Source of the DNA: an uncultured Bacteroidales bacterium
GTDB lineage: Bacteria; Bacteroidota; Bacteroidia; Bacteroidales; UBA12077
Direction of reading: 5' to 3'
DNA length: 64,000 nucleotides
Assembly (NCBI GenBank): GCA_964450375.1
Contig: CAYVEW010000002.1
Location: 8,449-72,448 of the forward strand
Shown here: one piece after another, positions 27,459 through 37,112 of the stretch
Numbering within the stretch: position 1 is the first letter of the stretch
Layout of the letters: the number at the start of each line of letters is the position of its first letter
Program-made: the position numbers and the translations under genes
The notes under the pieces: model-generated
What the model was told of the DNA's origin: nothing
Database searches by the model: none
What the model saw: only the letters and a program-made list of their open reading frames with translations

Positions 27459-28388
27459 TTATTCATCAGAAAAATACAAGTCTTTAAACCGTTTAAAATC
27501 CGGAAGAGTTCCTTTTACCTTAAATCGAATGGTATCATTTTCCACATAAAAGGATAAAGGATGAAAGCCAGTTATTTGGCTCATTTCAATGTGTTTTATT
27601 TTTTGATAATCGAATTGAACAGGAACATTTTCGTTAAAAAAACGTTCTTCGGCTCTTGAGCCGTTTGCTATGGCTACAATTTTATCAACCACTCCGTTTT
27701 TTACATAATCATTTAAATGGATAGCTGAAACCATGCAATGCGGACAATCAAACGAGAAAACAAATACTAAATAGCTGGAATCTTCTGCTGTTTTTGCATA
27801 ATCATCGAAAATTGTTTCATGAATGTTTTGGTTAATAAAACTGTTATGATATGCATCAATGGTATTTCTGGAGTATGGTATTTTTTGGGTGTACTGCTTG
27901 AAATCTGTGTTTAGCCAAACCACGGATAAAACAAAGATGGCCAAAATAGAAATTAGCGCATAATTCACCGACGTAGTTTTGGTTTTTTGTGGTTTAACCG
28001 AATCGTATAAAAAATAGCTTAAGAATAGTAGCAATCCATTTCTAAGGTAAAACATGAAAGGAGACATTTTTAGAAAATCAACGCCACCAAAACAACCACA
28101 GTCGTCTATTTTCAGAAAGAAATGACCGTAAGAAAAGATTAATGTAAACCCAATCAATAAAATGATTGAAAATGCCAGAGCCTTTTTTTGATTTATTCGA
28201 AAAATCAGGAAATAGGCTAAAACAACTTCAACGATCGGTACAATTGGAGCTAAATAAATAAATGCCTTGAAATGATATGAACGTATTAAATATAAAAAAT
28301 CATCGATGTCGATAATTTTTATTAGTCCCGAGAATAAATAAAAAAGCCCTAATACAATGATTAAAGCAGGTTTAAAAAATCTTTTCAT
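27459..28388 (-). CDS. MauE/DoxX-family membrane domain fused to a thioredoxin-like CxxC domain
   Basis: 309 aa with five predicted TM segments. The MauE-type DDCGCFGG motif is in the loop after TM3. The C-terminal soluble domain carries FSFDCPHC (CxxC). Confidence 0.7.
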   Translation of the reverse strand: MKRFFKPALIIVLGLFYLFSGLIKIIDIDDFLYLIRSYHFKAFIYLAPIVPIVEVVLAYFLIFRINQKKALAFSIILLIGFTLIFSYGHFFLKIDDCGCFGGVDFLKMSPFMFYLRNGLLLFLSYFLYDSVKPQKTKTTSVNYALISILAIFVLSVVWLNTDFKQYTQKIPYSRNTIDAYHNSFINQNIHETIFDDYAKTAEDSSYLVFVFSFDCPHCMVSAIHLNDYVKNGVVDKIVAIANGSRAEERFFNENVPVQFDYQKIKHIEMSQITGFHPLSFYVENDTIRFKVKGTLPDFKRFKDLYFSDE

Positions 28389-28429
28389 AGGTTAATAAAA
28401 TGAGAGCCCCTGAAGGGCTCCGTGTTTTT

Positions 28430-28657
28430 TTAAGGTGTGTCAACTTCTTCGCAAGTTGCATTTGGATGATCTGCATAGAAGTCTAACATTTCATTCGTAA
28501 AATCTAAAGCACTACCCTTTTTCCAACATACTTCATATGTTTGATCTCCATCAGTGCAATCAACGCAATTTTTTGTTATGTCATCTTCATCGCAAGATGT
28601 TACTAACATTGCCACTGCAAATAATGCAGCTAAACTTCCTAATAAAACTTTTTTCAT
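28430..28657 (-). CDS. small acidic cysteine-rich lipoprotein
   Basis: 75 aa. Lipobox LVTSC, then four further Cys (C31, C34, C44, C69) in a D/E-rich 53-aa mature part. It lies immediately upstream of, and co-directional with, the MauE-thioredoxin gene. Confidence 0.6.
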   Translation of the reverse strand: MKKVLLGSLAALFAVAMLVTSCDEDDITKNCVDCTDGDQTYEVCWKKGSALDFTNEMLDFYADHPNATCEEVDTP

Positions 28658-28766
28658 AATAGAAATTTAAGTGGTTAATTTGAGTATGAAAATACTAAAA
28701 AAGATCAAAATATCATCAAATCTTCACAAAATATTTATAAATATGAGTTTTTCGTTGATTAACGTT

Positions 28767-29585
28767 CTAAAGTTTGGTGCCACAGTTAGAACAATACTTA
28801 TCTTCACTATTAGGTATAACCGTTTTGCAATTTGGACACTTTATTCTTTTACTCTGCAGGTTGTATTTGGTAATCTCGCTGGAAACTATTCCTGTGGGTA
28901 CCGCTATAATGGCATATCCGATAATCATAATAAAAGAAGAGATAAACTGCCCCAGCGCGGTTTGTGGTGATATGTCGCCGTAACCAACTGTGGTTATGGT
29001 AACAATGGCCCAGTAAATACTCCTTGGGATACTATCAAAGCCATTGGTATCACCTTCTACCACATACATCAGTGCGCCAATAATGACCACAATATTTAAA
29101 ATTGCAAATAAAAACACGGTGATTTTACTAAGACTTGATTTTAAGGCCATTACAATCAACTCGCCCTGTCCCATTAAGTAATTCAATTTGAGGATACGAA
29201 ATACACGCAAAAGGCGTATTGCTCTTACTACTATTAAAACATGTGTTCCGGCAACAATTAGGCTTAAATAAGTTGGTATAACCGACAGAAAATCAACAAT
29301 TCCCAAGGTACTAAAAATGTATTTAGCCGGTTTCGGTGAAACCCAGATTCGAATTAAATACTCAATAGTAAATAAAATGGTTAAAAACCATTCGGTATAA
29401 AAAAAGAACGTTCCATATTCTATTCGCAATGATTGAATACTTTCCAGTATAACAATTCCTATACTCAACAATATCGCCCACAACAATAGAATGTCGAAAG
29501 TGCGGCCAAATTTAGTTTCTGTACCGAAAATTATTTTGTAAAGTTTTATCTTGAAAGATTTCATTTCGACAGCATCTTTACACAA
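28767..29585 (-). CDS. voltage-gated-type (6-TM) potassium channel with a C-terminal zinc ribbon
   Basis: 272 aa. S4-like RAIRLLRVFRILKL, selectivity filter TTVGYGD, and C-terminal CPNCKTVIPNSEDKYCSNCGTKL. The real start may be the internal MKSFKIKLY (about 29564). Confidence 0.85.
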   Translation of the reverse strand: MCKDAVEMKSFKIKLYKIIFGTETKFGRTFDILLLWAILLSIGIVILESIQSLRIEYGTFFFYTEWFLTILFTIEYLIRIWVSPKPAKYIFSTLGIVDFLSVIPTYLSLIVAGTHVLIVVRAIRLLRVFRILKLNYLMGQGELIVMALKSSLSKITVFLFAILNIVVIIGALMYVVEGDTNGFDSIPRSIYWAIVTITTVGYGDISPQTALGQFISSFIMIIGYAIIAVPTGIVSSEITKYNLQSKRIKCPNCKTVIPNSEDKYCSNCGTKL

Positions 29586-29600
29586 AGATAGCCATTATTC

Positions 29601-30485
29601 TTATCGTTCAAAAATATCGGGACGCGCATAATGCCCGATCACATCAAAATCAAACTTGCTTTTAATAAGTTCTTTAGACGATAAATCGGCATAAAGGATT
29701 CCTTCTTTGTTATACAACGGGCCGGCAAGAACGCTGCCTGTAGGTGAAACAATTACGCTTCCTCCCCGGCTCATTATTTCTGGTTCGTTTTCTAATTGTT
29801 TCTGGTATTCTGGTGGATACATATTTTTAGTAACGAACTGGTTACATCCTAAAACATAACAACGCCCTTCGTTTGCAATATGAATCATTGTGGCTTGCCA
29901 GGAATCTCTGCTATCCGCTGTGGGTGCCAGGTAAATTTCAGTATTCTGTTTGTAGAGTTCCATTCTGGCTTGTGGCATGTAATTCTCCCAACAAATTAAT
30001 CCACCAATATTGCCAACTTTGGTGCTAATTCCATTTAATGTAGATTGGTCGCCTTCTCCCCAAATAATACGTTCTAGGGCAGTTGGTTTAATTTTTCGGT
30101 GCTTTCCTGCTAATTTGCCATCGGGAGTGAAGTACAATAAAGTGCAGTACAAGGTATTATTGTCGCGCTCCACAACGCCAATATGAATATAAACACCATA
30201 CTTTTTTGCCCATTTGGCTATTTGGTTGGTTTCATGGCCGGGAACATCAATAGCATTGTTAAAATAACGAAACCATAGTTCTTTTCCTTCATCGGAGCGA
30301 TTACCAATGGTGGTGCCAAAACTTAATCCACGCGGGTAATCACCCAGATAAGCTTCCGGGAAAAGCAATAGTTCAGCCTTGTTTTTAACTGATTCAATAA
30401 TGTATTGTTCTGTTTTCTTTAATGTTTCATCTTTATTAAACAGAATCGGACTTGCTTGAATAACAGCTGCTTTAATATTTTTCAT
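29601..30485 (-). CDS. nitrilase / carbon-nitrogen hydrolase family protein
   Basis: 294 aa. The Glu-Lys-Cys triad sits in typical contexts: LLLFPEAY, HRKIKPT, GGLICWENYMP. Confidence 0.85.
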   Translation of the reverse strand: MKNIKAAVIQASPILFNKDETLKKTEQYIIESVKNKAELLLFPEAYLGDYPRGLSFGTTIGNRSDEGKELWFRYFNNAIDVPGHETNQIAKWAKKYGVYIHIGVVERDNNTLYCTLLYFTPDGKLAGKHRKIKPTALERIIWGEGDQSTLNGISTKVGNIGGLICWENYMPQARMELYKQNTEIYLAPTADSRDSWQATMIHIANEGRCYVLGCNQFVTKNMYPPEYQKQLENEPEIMSRGGSVIVSPTGSVLAGPLYNKEGILYADLSSKELIKSKFDFDVIGHYARPDIFER

Positions 30486-30496
30486 GTGGAAAAATA

Positions 30497-31759
30497 CTAA
30501 GTATTGGCGACTTTTTCAACTTCTCTGAAAACCCGCAAGAAGTTTTCGCCCCAAATTTTCTTTATTTCCTTTTTAGTATATCCGCGCTTTAGCAGTTCAA
30601 TGGTAATATTTTTCATTTCACTTGCATCCATGCAGCCATTCACTCCGCCGCCACCATCAAAATCGGTACCTATACCTACATAATCAATTCCGATGGTTTT
30701 TACCACATAATCGATGTGATCAACCACATCAGCTACTGTGGCCAATTCTTTTGGATACATTTTATCCGTTGTACGCCATTCTTTCACAGCTTCCTGGTAT
30801 TGTTCTTCTGTAAGGCCTTCAAAATGATTGTATTTCGTACGTAAAGCCTGAAAAGCAGAATCTCTTTCGGGATAAGGCAAAGGTGTTTTAACATAATCGC
30901 TTAAAATGCAAATCTGAATAACACCGCCATTCTCTTTTAAGGCATATAACATTTCATCGGAAAAGTTGCGTGGATTATCGCAAATAGTTCTAACGCTTGA
31001 GTGAGATGCAATGATAGGTTTTGTAGTTAATTTCAGTACATCAAAATATGCTGAATCTGAAATATGTGAAACATCGATAATCATTCCGATGCGATTCATT
31101 TCTTTTACCACTTCTTCGCCAAAGGGGCTTAATCCATTGTATTCGGGTCCGTTTTTATCAGTTGACGAATCACATATATCATTATTTTTTGTGTGACTTA
31201 ATGTGATATAGCGTGCACCTAGATCATAAAATTCCTGTATCATACCTAAATCATGACCAATGGGATATCCGTTCTCAACACCAATATATACAGTGCTTTT
31301 ACCTTTTTTCTTGATTTGATAAACATCTGCTTCTTTTAATCCTATTTCGGCTTGTTCCGGATAAAGATTAACCTTTTCGTGCAGTGCATTAAAAATTTCT
31401 AAGGCACGTTCTTTTGCTTTTTGATGGCCTTCTTCGGTCCGTGGCCCCTGTCCTATAAAAACTGCCATAAAAGAAGCGTCCAGGCGCCCTGCTTTCATTC
31501 GTGGGAAATCTACTCTGCTTCTTGTTTCTTCATAATTGTTCCATTTACCAATATCAAAACCTTCATCCAAAAAGTTTAAAGGGGTATCGGTGTGGGTATC
31601 AATCGAAACAATTTCGGAATGAATTTTATCTGCTTGTTCTTCAAGCGATTTTTGAGTGCATGAAACCAATCCTATTAGCACTGCTAAAGCCAATAGTTTA
31701 CTTTTTTTATTTAATATCATTACCTTAATTTTTGAGTATTTCAATTTCTTTGACTTCAT
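30497..31759 (-). CDS. membrane dipeptidase (peptidase family M19), exported lipoprotein form
   Basis: 420 aa. Lipobox-like LIGLVSC. M19 motifs IDTHTDTP, VSHISD, ASHSS and GIGTDFDGGGG. Confidence 0.85.
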   Translation of the reverse strand: MKSKKLKYSKIKVMILNKKSKLLALAVLIGLVSCTQKSLEEQADKIHSEIVSIDTHTDTPLNFLDEGFDIGKWNNYEETRSRVDFPRMKAGRLDASFMAVFIGQGPRTEEGHQKAKERALEIFNALHEKVNLYPEQAEIGLKEADVYQIKKKGKSTVYIGVENGYPIGHDLGMIQEFYDLGARYITLSHTKNNDICDSSTDKNGPEYNGLSPFGEEVVKEMNRIGMIIDVSHISDSAYFDVLKLTTKPIIASHSSVRTICDNPRNFSDEMLYALKENGGVIQICILSDYVKTPLPYPERDSAFQALRTKYNHFEGLTEEQYQEAVKEWRTTDKMYPKELATVADVVDHIDYVVKTIGIDYVGIGTDFDGGGGVNGCMDASEMKNITIELLKRGYTKKEIKKIWGENFLRVFREVEKVANT

Positions 31760-31790
31760 ATGATGAGAAATGTTTAATACAGATAAAAAA

Positions 31791-31921
31791 AGAGCTGTCT
31801 CAAAAGGTCTACAAAAGTCATTCCGAGCAAAGCGAAGGAATCTTTATGAATTGATTACTAAAAGATTGCTTCGTCATGCTTCTTCGCAATGACTGTAAAA
31901 TTTTACTTTTGAGACAGCCCC
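31791..31921. repeat. REP/MITE-like palindromic intergenic element
   Basis: Outer inverted repeat gagctgtctcaaaag (31792-31806) / cttttgagacagc (31906-31918). It encloses sub-hairpins gtcattccgagcaaagcgaaggaatc and gattgcttcgtcatgcttcttcgcaatgac, sequence types I recognise as common Bacteroidota intergenic repeats. Confidence 0.65.
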
Positions 31922-31938
31922 TTTCCAGAATACATTTT

Positions 31939-34359
31939 TTATTTTTCTGTTATTCTGTTTTTTACATATTTCTCAAGCCATTGATCTTGTTCCCACAATA
32001 CGTGTAAAATAGATTCGCGGGCTGCGTAACCATGACTTTCTTTAGGCAGTAGCACCAATCGAACAGTTGCTCCTAAACCTTTTAAGGCATTAAAATAGCG
32101 TTCACTTTGCATGGTGTATGTTCCCGAATTATTATCCGCAGCACCATGTATAAGCAATAATGGTGTTTTCATTTTTTCGGAATGCATAAAAGGCGACATT
32201 TCGTAATAGATATTTGGGGCTTCCCAATAATTACGTTCTTCGCTCTGGAAACCAAAAGGCGTTAAGGTCCTGTTGTAAGCTCCACTGCGAGCAATACCGG
32301 CTGCATAATCATTCGAGTGAGTTAAAAGGTTGGCTGTCATAAACGCACCATAGGAATGCCCGCCAACTGCTACTTTATTTCGATCAATATAACCCATATC
32401 ATCAACAGCATCTATGGCTGCTTTACCGTTGGCAACCAATTGTTTTATGAAGGTATCATTGGGTTCTTTATCGCCTTCGCCAACGATTGGAAACGAAGCA
32501 TCATCAAGAACTACATAACCACGAGTAACCCAGAATACAGGTGAACCATAATAAGGATACACAAACTCATTAGGTGATGAAGTTACTTGCCCCGCTGTAC
32601 TCTTATCCTTAAATTCGCGAGGATAAGCCCACATAACCATCGGATATTTTTTACCTTCTTCGTAATCAACTGGTAAATATAAAGTGGCTGAAAGTTCTAA
32701 TCCGTCATCGCGCTTATAATTAATTACTTCCTTATGTATATTCTGCAATGCAGAAAAAGGATTTTCAAATTGCGTTACTGCTTTTAATTCGCCAGTATTT
32801 ATATTTCGGAAATAATAGTTCGGATATTCGTTCTTCGATTCAATTCTGGTTAATAATATGCCTTTTTTAGGATCTTTAAAATCGACGATTGCTTCTAATG
32901 TTTCTTTGCCATCAGCGCGCCATAAACGTTCTGTATTCTGCGTTTTATAGTTGAATTTATCAACAAACGGACGAATACCTTCGGGAGAATATCCGCTGCC
33001 TGTTAAATACATAAAATCGCCATCGATTACCAATGTGTTTTTTGCAAATTCATTTCGTGCAGTTACAAAGCTTCCCGGATCGTTATACCTGTCCTGGTAA
33101 TTTCTGTCGGAAAGTATTATAGGTTTTTGCTTAGCATCCGAAGGATTAAAAAGGTATGATTTCATGTTTCGGGTATTCCACCAAGTATCGATTGCCACAG
33201 CTACATCATCATTTCCCCAATAAATGTATGCATAGCGGTTTATTGTTTTAAGAATTGATTTTTTCTCGCCTGTAAACGGAGCATCCAGGGTAAACACTTC
33301 ATCCCTGTATTCTGCTTCCACTTCAGGATCACCTTCGTCGAGAACTTCAGCCCAATATAAGCTTGCCGGCTTATCCGATCGCCAGTTTAAATTTCGCATT
33401 CCTGTTCGTTCAGCCATAAATCCTTTAGGTAATTCTTCGATTAAAGGAACCTCCAGAATCTTTTTAATTTCTTTTCCGGCTTTATCGTATATGATCGTTG
33501 TTGATGGAAATCTGTAATAAGGGACAATATAAGAAAAAGGCCTGCTAATGGTAGTTACCAGGATATATTCTCCATTTGGCGAAAAGTTTAATCCACGGTA
33601 CATATCAACGGTTTTCCATAATTCTGATTTCCCTTTTAAATCTACTTTGTAAAGTTCAGAGCGCACCAATTGCTCAAAATTGAATTCATCATTGTTGTTT
33701 TTTAATAAATCCTGATAAGTTCTGTTTTGCGCTTTTTGCCCCTCGTTTACAGATACAGTTGGTCCAGTAGGTATGGCATCTTTTTCGTTGATTAAAGCTT
33801 TTTTATCTTTTGGAAGCATTTTTACCAATAATGCCTTATTATCTTGAAACCATTCAAAAGGACTACCAACATTGGCGTTTAGGTTGTCGGATGTAAGCTT
33901 CTTAATTTCGGCTTTTTTAATAGATAAAACCCACAGCTCAACTCCTCTTAAAGTGGTATTGGTAAAAGCCATCATACTTTGGTCGGGCGACCAGCTAAAG
34001 TTCGATAAGCGTGCATTTTCGGGTAATCCTTTTACCTGTTCTTCTTTACCTGATTTTACATCTAAAATTGCTAAATCGGCAAAATATCTTTCTCTGCTTG
34101 AAATATTGGTAACAGGATTAATTCTTAACCCACCCAAACGAAGCTCTGTTTCCGATAACTCTTCAATACTTTTATACTGATTTCTGTAAAGTAAAACAGC
34201 ATATTTTGCATCGTTATCCATGCTAACCACCGGTGGTAATTTAACATCGGCCAACTCCATTATTTCTGGTGGCGGAGTTTGATAGTTTACATCAAGTTGT
34301 GCATTTGCCGAGAAAAAGAAAACAAGACTCAGCAAGCCCAGTAATAGTTTTTTTTTCAT
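31939..34359 (-). CDS. S9 family serine peptidase (prolyl oligopeptidase / dipeptidyl-peptidase type) with an N-terminal beta-propeller
   Basis: 806 aa. Signal peptide. Nucleophile elbow GGHSYGAFM, later LLIHGAADNN (Asp) and ESHGY (His). Confidence 0.85.
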   Translation of the reverse strand: MKKKLLLGLLSLVFFFSANAQLDVNYQTPPPEIMELADVKLPPVVSMDNDAKYAVLLYRNQYKSIEELSETELRLGGLRINPVTNISSRERYFADLAILDVKSGKEEQVKGLPENARLSNFSWSPDQSMMAFTNTTLRGVELWVLSIKKAEIKKLTSDNLNANVGSPFEWFQDNKALLVKMLPKDKKALINEKDAIPTGPTVSVNEGQKAQNRTYQDLLKNNNDEFNFEQLVRSELYKVDLKGKSELWKTVDMYRGLNFSPNGEYILVTTISRPFSYIVPYYRFPSTTIIYDKAGKEIKKILEVPLIEELPKGFMAERTGMRNLNWRSDKPASLYWAEVLDEGDPEVEAEYRDEVFTLDAPFTGEKKSILKTINRYAYIYWGNDDVAVAIDTWWNTRNMKSYLFNPSDAKQKPIILSDRNYQDRYNDPGSFVTARNEFAKNTLVIDGDFMYLTGSGYSPEGIRPFVDKFNYKTQNTERLWRADGKETLEAIVDFKDPKKGILLTRIESKNEYPNYYFRNINTGELKAVTQFENPFSALQNIHKEVINYKRDDGLELSATLYLPVDYEEGKKYPMVMWAYPREFKDKSTAGQVTSSPNEFVYPYYGSPVFWVTRGYVVLDDASFPIVGEGDKEPNDTFIKQLVANGKAAIDAVDDMGYIDRNKVAVGGHSYGAFMTANLLTHSNDYAAGIARSGAYNRTLTPFGFQSEERNYWEAPNIYYEMSPFMHSEKMKTPLLLIHGAADNNSGTYTMQSERYFNALKGLGATVRLVLLPKESHGYAARESILHVLWEQDQWLEKYVKNRITEK

Positions 34360-34413
34360 ACGTATTATTTTTAAGGTTATTTGGTAAGTTTGACCTATTT
34401 GGAGTTAAAAAGT

Positions 34414-35145
34414 TTAATAGCGTTTTCCGTCATTCCGAACCATAGGAACAAAGCGAACTGGAGCTACTACACGTTTTTCCAGCTTGCCATTTACTTTTTC
34501 CAATAACACCAGCTCCTGGGTGATACTGCCACCAAGCGGAATAATCATTTTTCCTCCTTCTTTTAACTGTTCTTCGAGTGGTTTTGGAACATTCGCCGGA
34601 GCACAAGTCACAATAATAGCATCATAGGGAGCATGTTCATCCCAGCCCTTGTAACCATCACCAATTTTAAAGTAAACATTCTTATAGTTTATGGATTCAA
34701 TGAGATTTTTGGCTTTTGTGCCTAAAGATTCTATAATTTCGATGGTATAGACTTCGTCGACAATTTCGGCCAGAATAGCAGCCTGATAACCCGAACCAGT
34801 ACCAATTTCCAGCACCTTCATATTTTTCTTTAAATCCAGGGTTTCAGTCATTAGCGCAACAATGTATGGCTGCGAAATGGTTTGCCCTTCGCCAATTGCT
34901 AAAGGACGATCTTCGTAGGCCATTCTTTCATAGTTTTTAGGCACAAATAAATGGCGTTTTACATTTAACATCGCCTGAATTACTTGTTGATCTTTAATGC
35001 CACGAGCAATAATTTGTTCACGTACCATTCGCTGACGAACCTTTTCGTAACGATCGGTATACTTTTTCATATTACTTGATGTTAAAAGTAAATATGATAT
35101 CAATATGAAGGAAATACTTATAAATTTGAGTGTTGTTTTTATCAT
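34414..35145 (-). CDS. pcm: protein-L-isoaspartate O-methyltransferase (with N-terminal signal/anchor)
   Basis: 243 aa. GEGQTISQPYIVALMTE, and the SAM motif VLEIGTGSGYQAAILA. Confidence 0.9.
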   Translation of the reverse strand: MIKTTLKFISISFILISYLLLTSSNMKKYTDRYEKVRQRMVREQIIARGIKDQQVIQAMLNVKRHLFVPKNYERMAYEDRPLAIGEGQTISQPYIVALMTETLDLKKNMKVLEIGTGSGYQAAILAEIVDEVYTIEIIESLGTKAKNLIESINYKNVYFKIGDGYKGWDEHAPYDAIIVTCAPANVPKPLEEQLKEGGKMIIPLGGSITQELVLLEKVNGKLEKRVVAPVRFVPMVRNDGKRY

Positions 35146-35333
35146 GGTTTAAAATTATATACCCAATAAAGTTATAAATAATTTTATCTGTTCAAAATTT
35201 TTAGCATCTGAATATTAAATCCGCTAAGCCAAAGAAAAAGTCATTAGCCACCATATATGAACAATTTAGCATGGAATAAGTTGACATTGAATTGCTTGTT
35301 CGGTAATTTTGTATAAACAAATCCCTTACTGAT

Positions 35334-35699
35334 ATGAAAAAAATACTATTCAGCATTGTAATTACAGGCATAACTATGCTTATTTCGTGCGATAAACCAG
35401 ATGCTTTAAAAGAAGAAGCATTCTTTATTGTAACAAACAATTCTACATCTTATAACATAACAGGTGTGTATTATGCTAATTCAGGTTATGGTTCCAATCG
35501 CATAAGCAGTAATATTACACCCGGAAATAGTAAAACCTTTACCTTAAATGCCGAAGATAATTATATTTACAATATTCGGGTTACTTCGGATAACACAACT
35601 GACTCTGAATATACTTTTGATGAAGTGCATTTTTACGACGATCGAAGCATTTATGTGTACTTAACAAATACGGGTTGGGATGCTGATTTTCCCTGGTAA
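35334..35699 (+). CDS. hypothetical small lipoprotein
   Basis: 121 aa. Lipobox TMLISC. Beta-rich N/T/Y composition. No domain recognised. Confidence 0.55.
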   Translation: MKKILFSIVITGITMLISCDKPDALKEEAFFIVTNNSTSYNITGVYYANSGYGSNRISSNITPGNSKTFTLNAEDNYIYNIRVTSDNTTDSEYTFDEVHFYDDRSIYVYLTNTGWDADFPW

Positions 35700-35701
35700 A
35701 G

Positions 35702-37054
35702 CTATTTTCTTTTTAACCTGATAAAATAATAAAGTAAACCAATTAATAATCCTGCAATACACATCAAAATGGCATAAATAACCAGTGATGTAGATATTCC
35801 AATAAATATGGCAGGTAGAATTACACCAACCAAACAAAATAATATGGAAAGGTTAACACTATATTTATTGATCTTAGGATAAATCCACATGACAACGATT
35901 AAAAAACCCAAAGACATGGTTAGTGATACAAAAAAGAAGGTGGTATCTACAATATCACTTAACCATAAGGACATAATAACTCCCAGAATCATAAGTATGG
36001 TTAAAATAATTCGTAAAATCTTATTAAGATTGTCGTGTTTTACAATGCCCATTTTTTCAAGGAAATCCTGTGTAATGGATGAAGCTGTTGTAAACATGTA
36101 CGTATCTGCCGATGATGATACGGCCGAGTAGATAATGACAACTGATAATCCTGAAAGTCCTATTGGCAGTAAACTGCTAAAACCAACAATTAAAGAAGTA
36201 TCGGCACTGATGTTCGGAATATCAACCCTGATTACCATTCCGATCATTAACAAAATAAATCCGATAATAAAATAAAATACAGATGATAAAAATAAGCTTC
36301 GTTTAAAATGTTTCTGGCTTTCGATGGCATAAACCCTTTGCCAAAGCTCTGGAGATGCCATAGGTAAAAAGAATCCGGCTAAAAAGAAGTTGATAATTTC
36401 TTTTGTGGGGATACTGAAAAACTCCGAAAGCACTATTTTAGGCTTTGTTTCGGTATGAAACAACATGTAAATCATTAAAATAAATAATAAAAATATCCCA
36501 AGTGTCTGTATAATATCAGTTTTCACAACTGCTTTAAACCCCCCGGCGATTAGGTAAGCAAGAATAATAACACCAATTATAATTACCGACCAATTGTAAC
36601 TAATAGGCGTATATTCCTGAACAAGCTTTGCTCCTGCTGTAAAATTTAAAACCACCCAGCCAAACATGATAATGATTACTACAATCGCTGATAAGTATCC
36701 TGCAACACGGCCTTTTGTATAAAAGAAAAAATCAGAGAGTGTATAGAATTTTTCTTTGTCGCCAAGTTCCTTAACTTTTTTTCCAAAAAAATAAAAAACA
36801 AATAATCCAAATACAGAACCAATAAAATACCAATATGCTCCCAAACCATATAAATAAACTAATGCAGTATATGTAAGAAGAATTGCGGCTCCTATCCTAC
36901 TTGAAAAAATGGTTGTTGTGGCTTCGAAAGATTTTAGCTTTCTGCCTCCAATCAGGTATTCTTCCTTTTCTTCTTTACGGCTCGACCAAAAACCAACAAA
37001 AAGTATTACAGCGAAATAGAAAGCTATAAAAATGTAATCCAGAGTTCCAAGCAT
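35702..37054 (-). CDS. sodium:solute symporter (SSS) family transporter
   Basis: 450 aa with about 12-13 TM helices. The N-terminal FVGFWSSRKEEKEEYLIGGRKL pattern is typical of SSS carriers. Confidence 0.7.
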   Translation of the reverse strand: MLGTLDYIFIAFYFAVILFVGFWSSRKEEKEEYLIGGRKLKSFEATTTIFSSRIGAAILLTYTALVYLYGLGAYWYFIGSVFGLFVFYFFGKKVKELGDKEKFYTLSDFFFYTKGRVAGYLSAIVVIIIMFGWVVLNFTAGAKLVQEYTPISYNWSVIIIGVIILAYLIAGGFKAVVKTDIIQTLGIFLLFILMIYMLFHTETKPKIVLSEFFSIPTKEIINFFLAGFFLPMASPELWQRVYAIESQKHFKRSLFLSSVFYFIIGFILLMIGMVIRVDIPNISADTSLIVGFSSLLPIGLSGLSVVIIYSAVSSSADTYMFTTASSITQDFLEKMGIVKHDNLNKILRIILTILMILGVIMSLWLSDIVDTTFFFVSLTMSLGFLIVVMWIYPKINKYSVNLSILFCLVGVILPAIFIGISTSLVIYAILMCIAGLLIGLLYYFIRLKRK

Positions 37055-37112
37055 GAGTTTTATTTTTTTGATTTAGACAAAAAGAATTAATAAAGGTTCA
37101 ATATCATAAAAA

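Noticed and set aside
28403-28420. GC hairpin between the mini-lipoprotein and the MauE-Trx gene, considered as a terminator separating them
   Set aside because: The stem is only 6 bp, and the better T-run is on the plus strand, where no gene ends. I treat it as a possible attenuator or mRNA-stability element rather than a called terminator.
35201-35440. 79-aa minus-strand ORF overlapping the start of the 121-aa lipoprotein gene
   Set aside because: It overlaps a better-supported lipoprotein start and its promoter region. There is no motif, so it is likely spurious.
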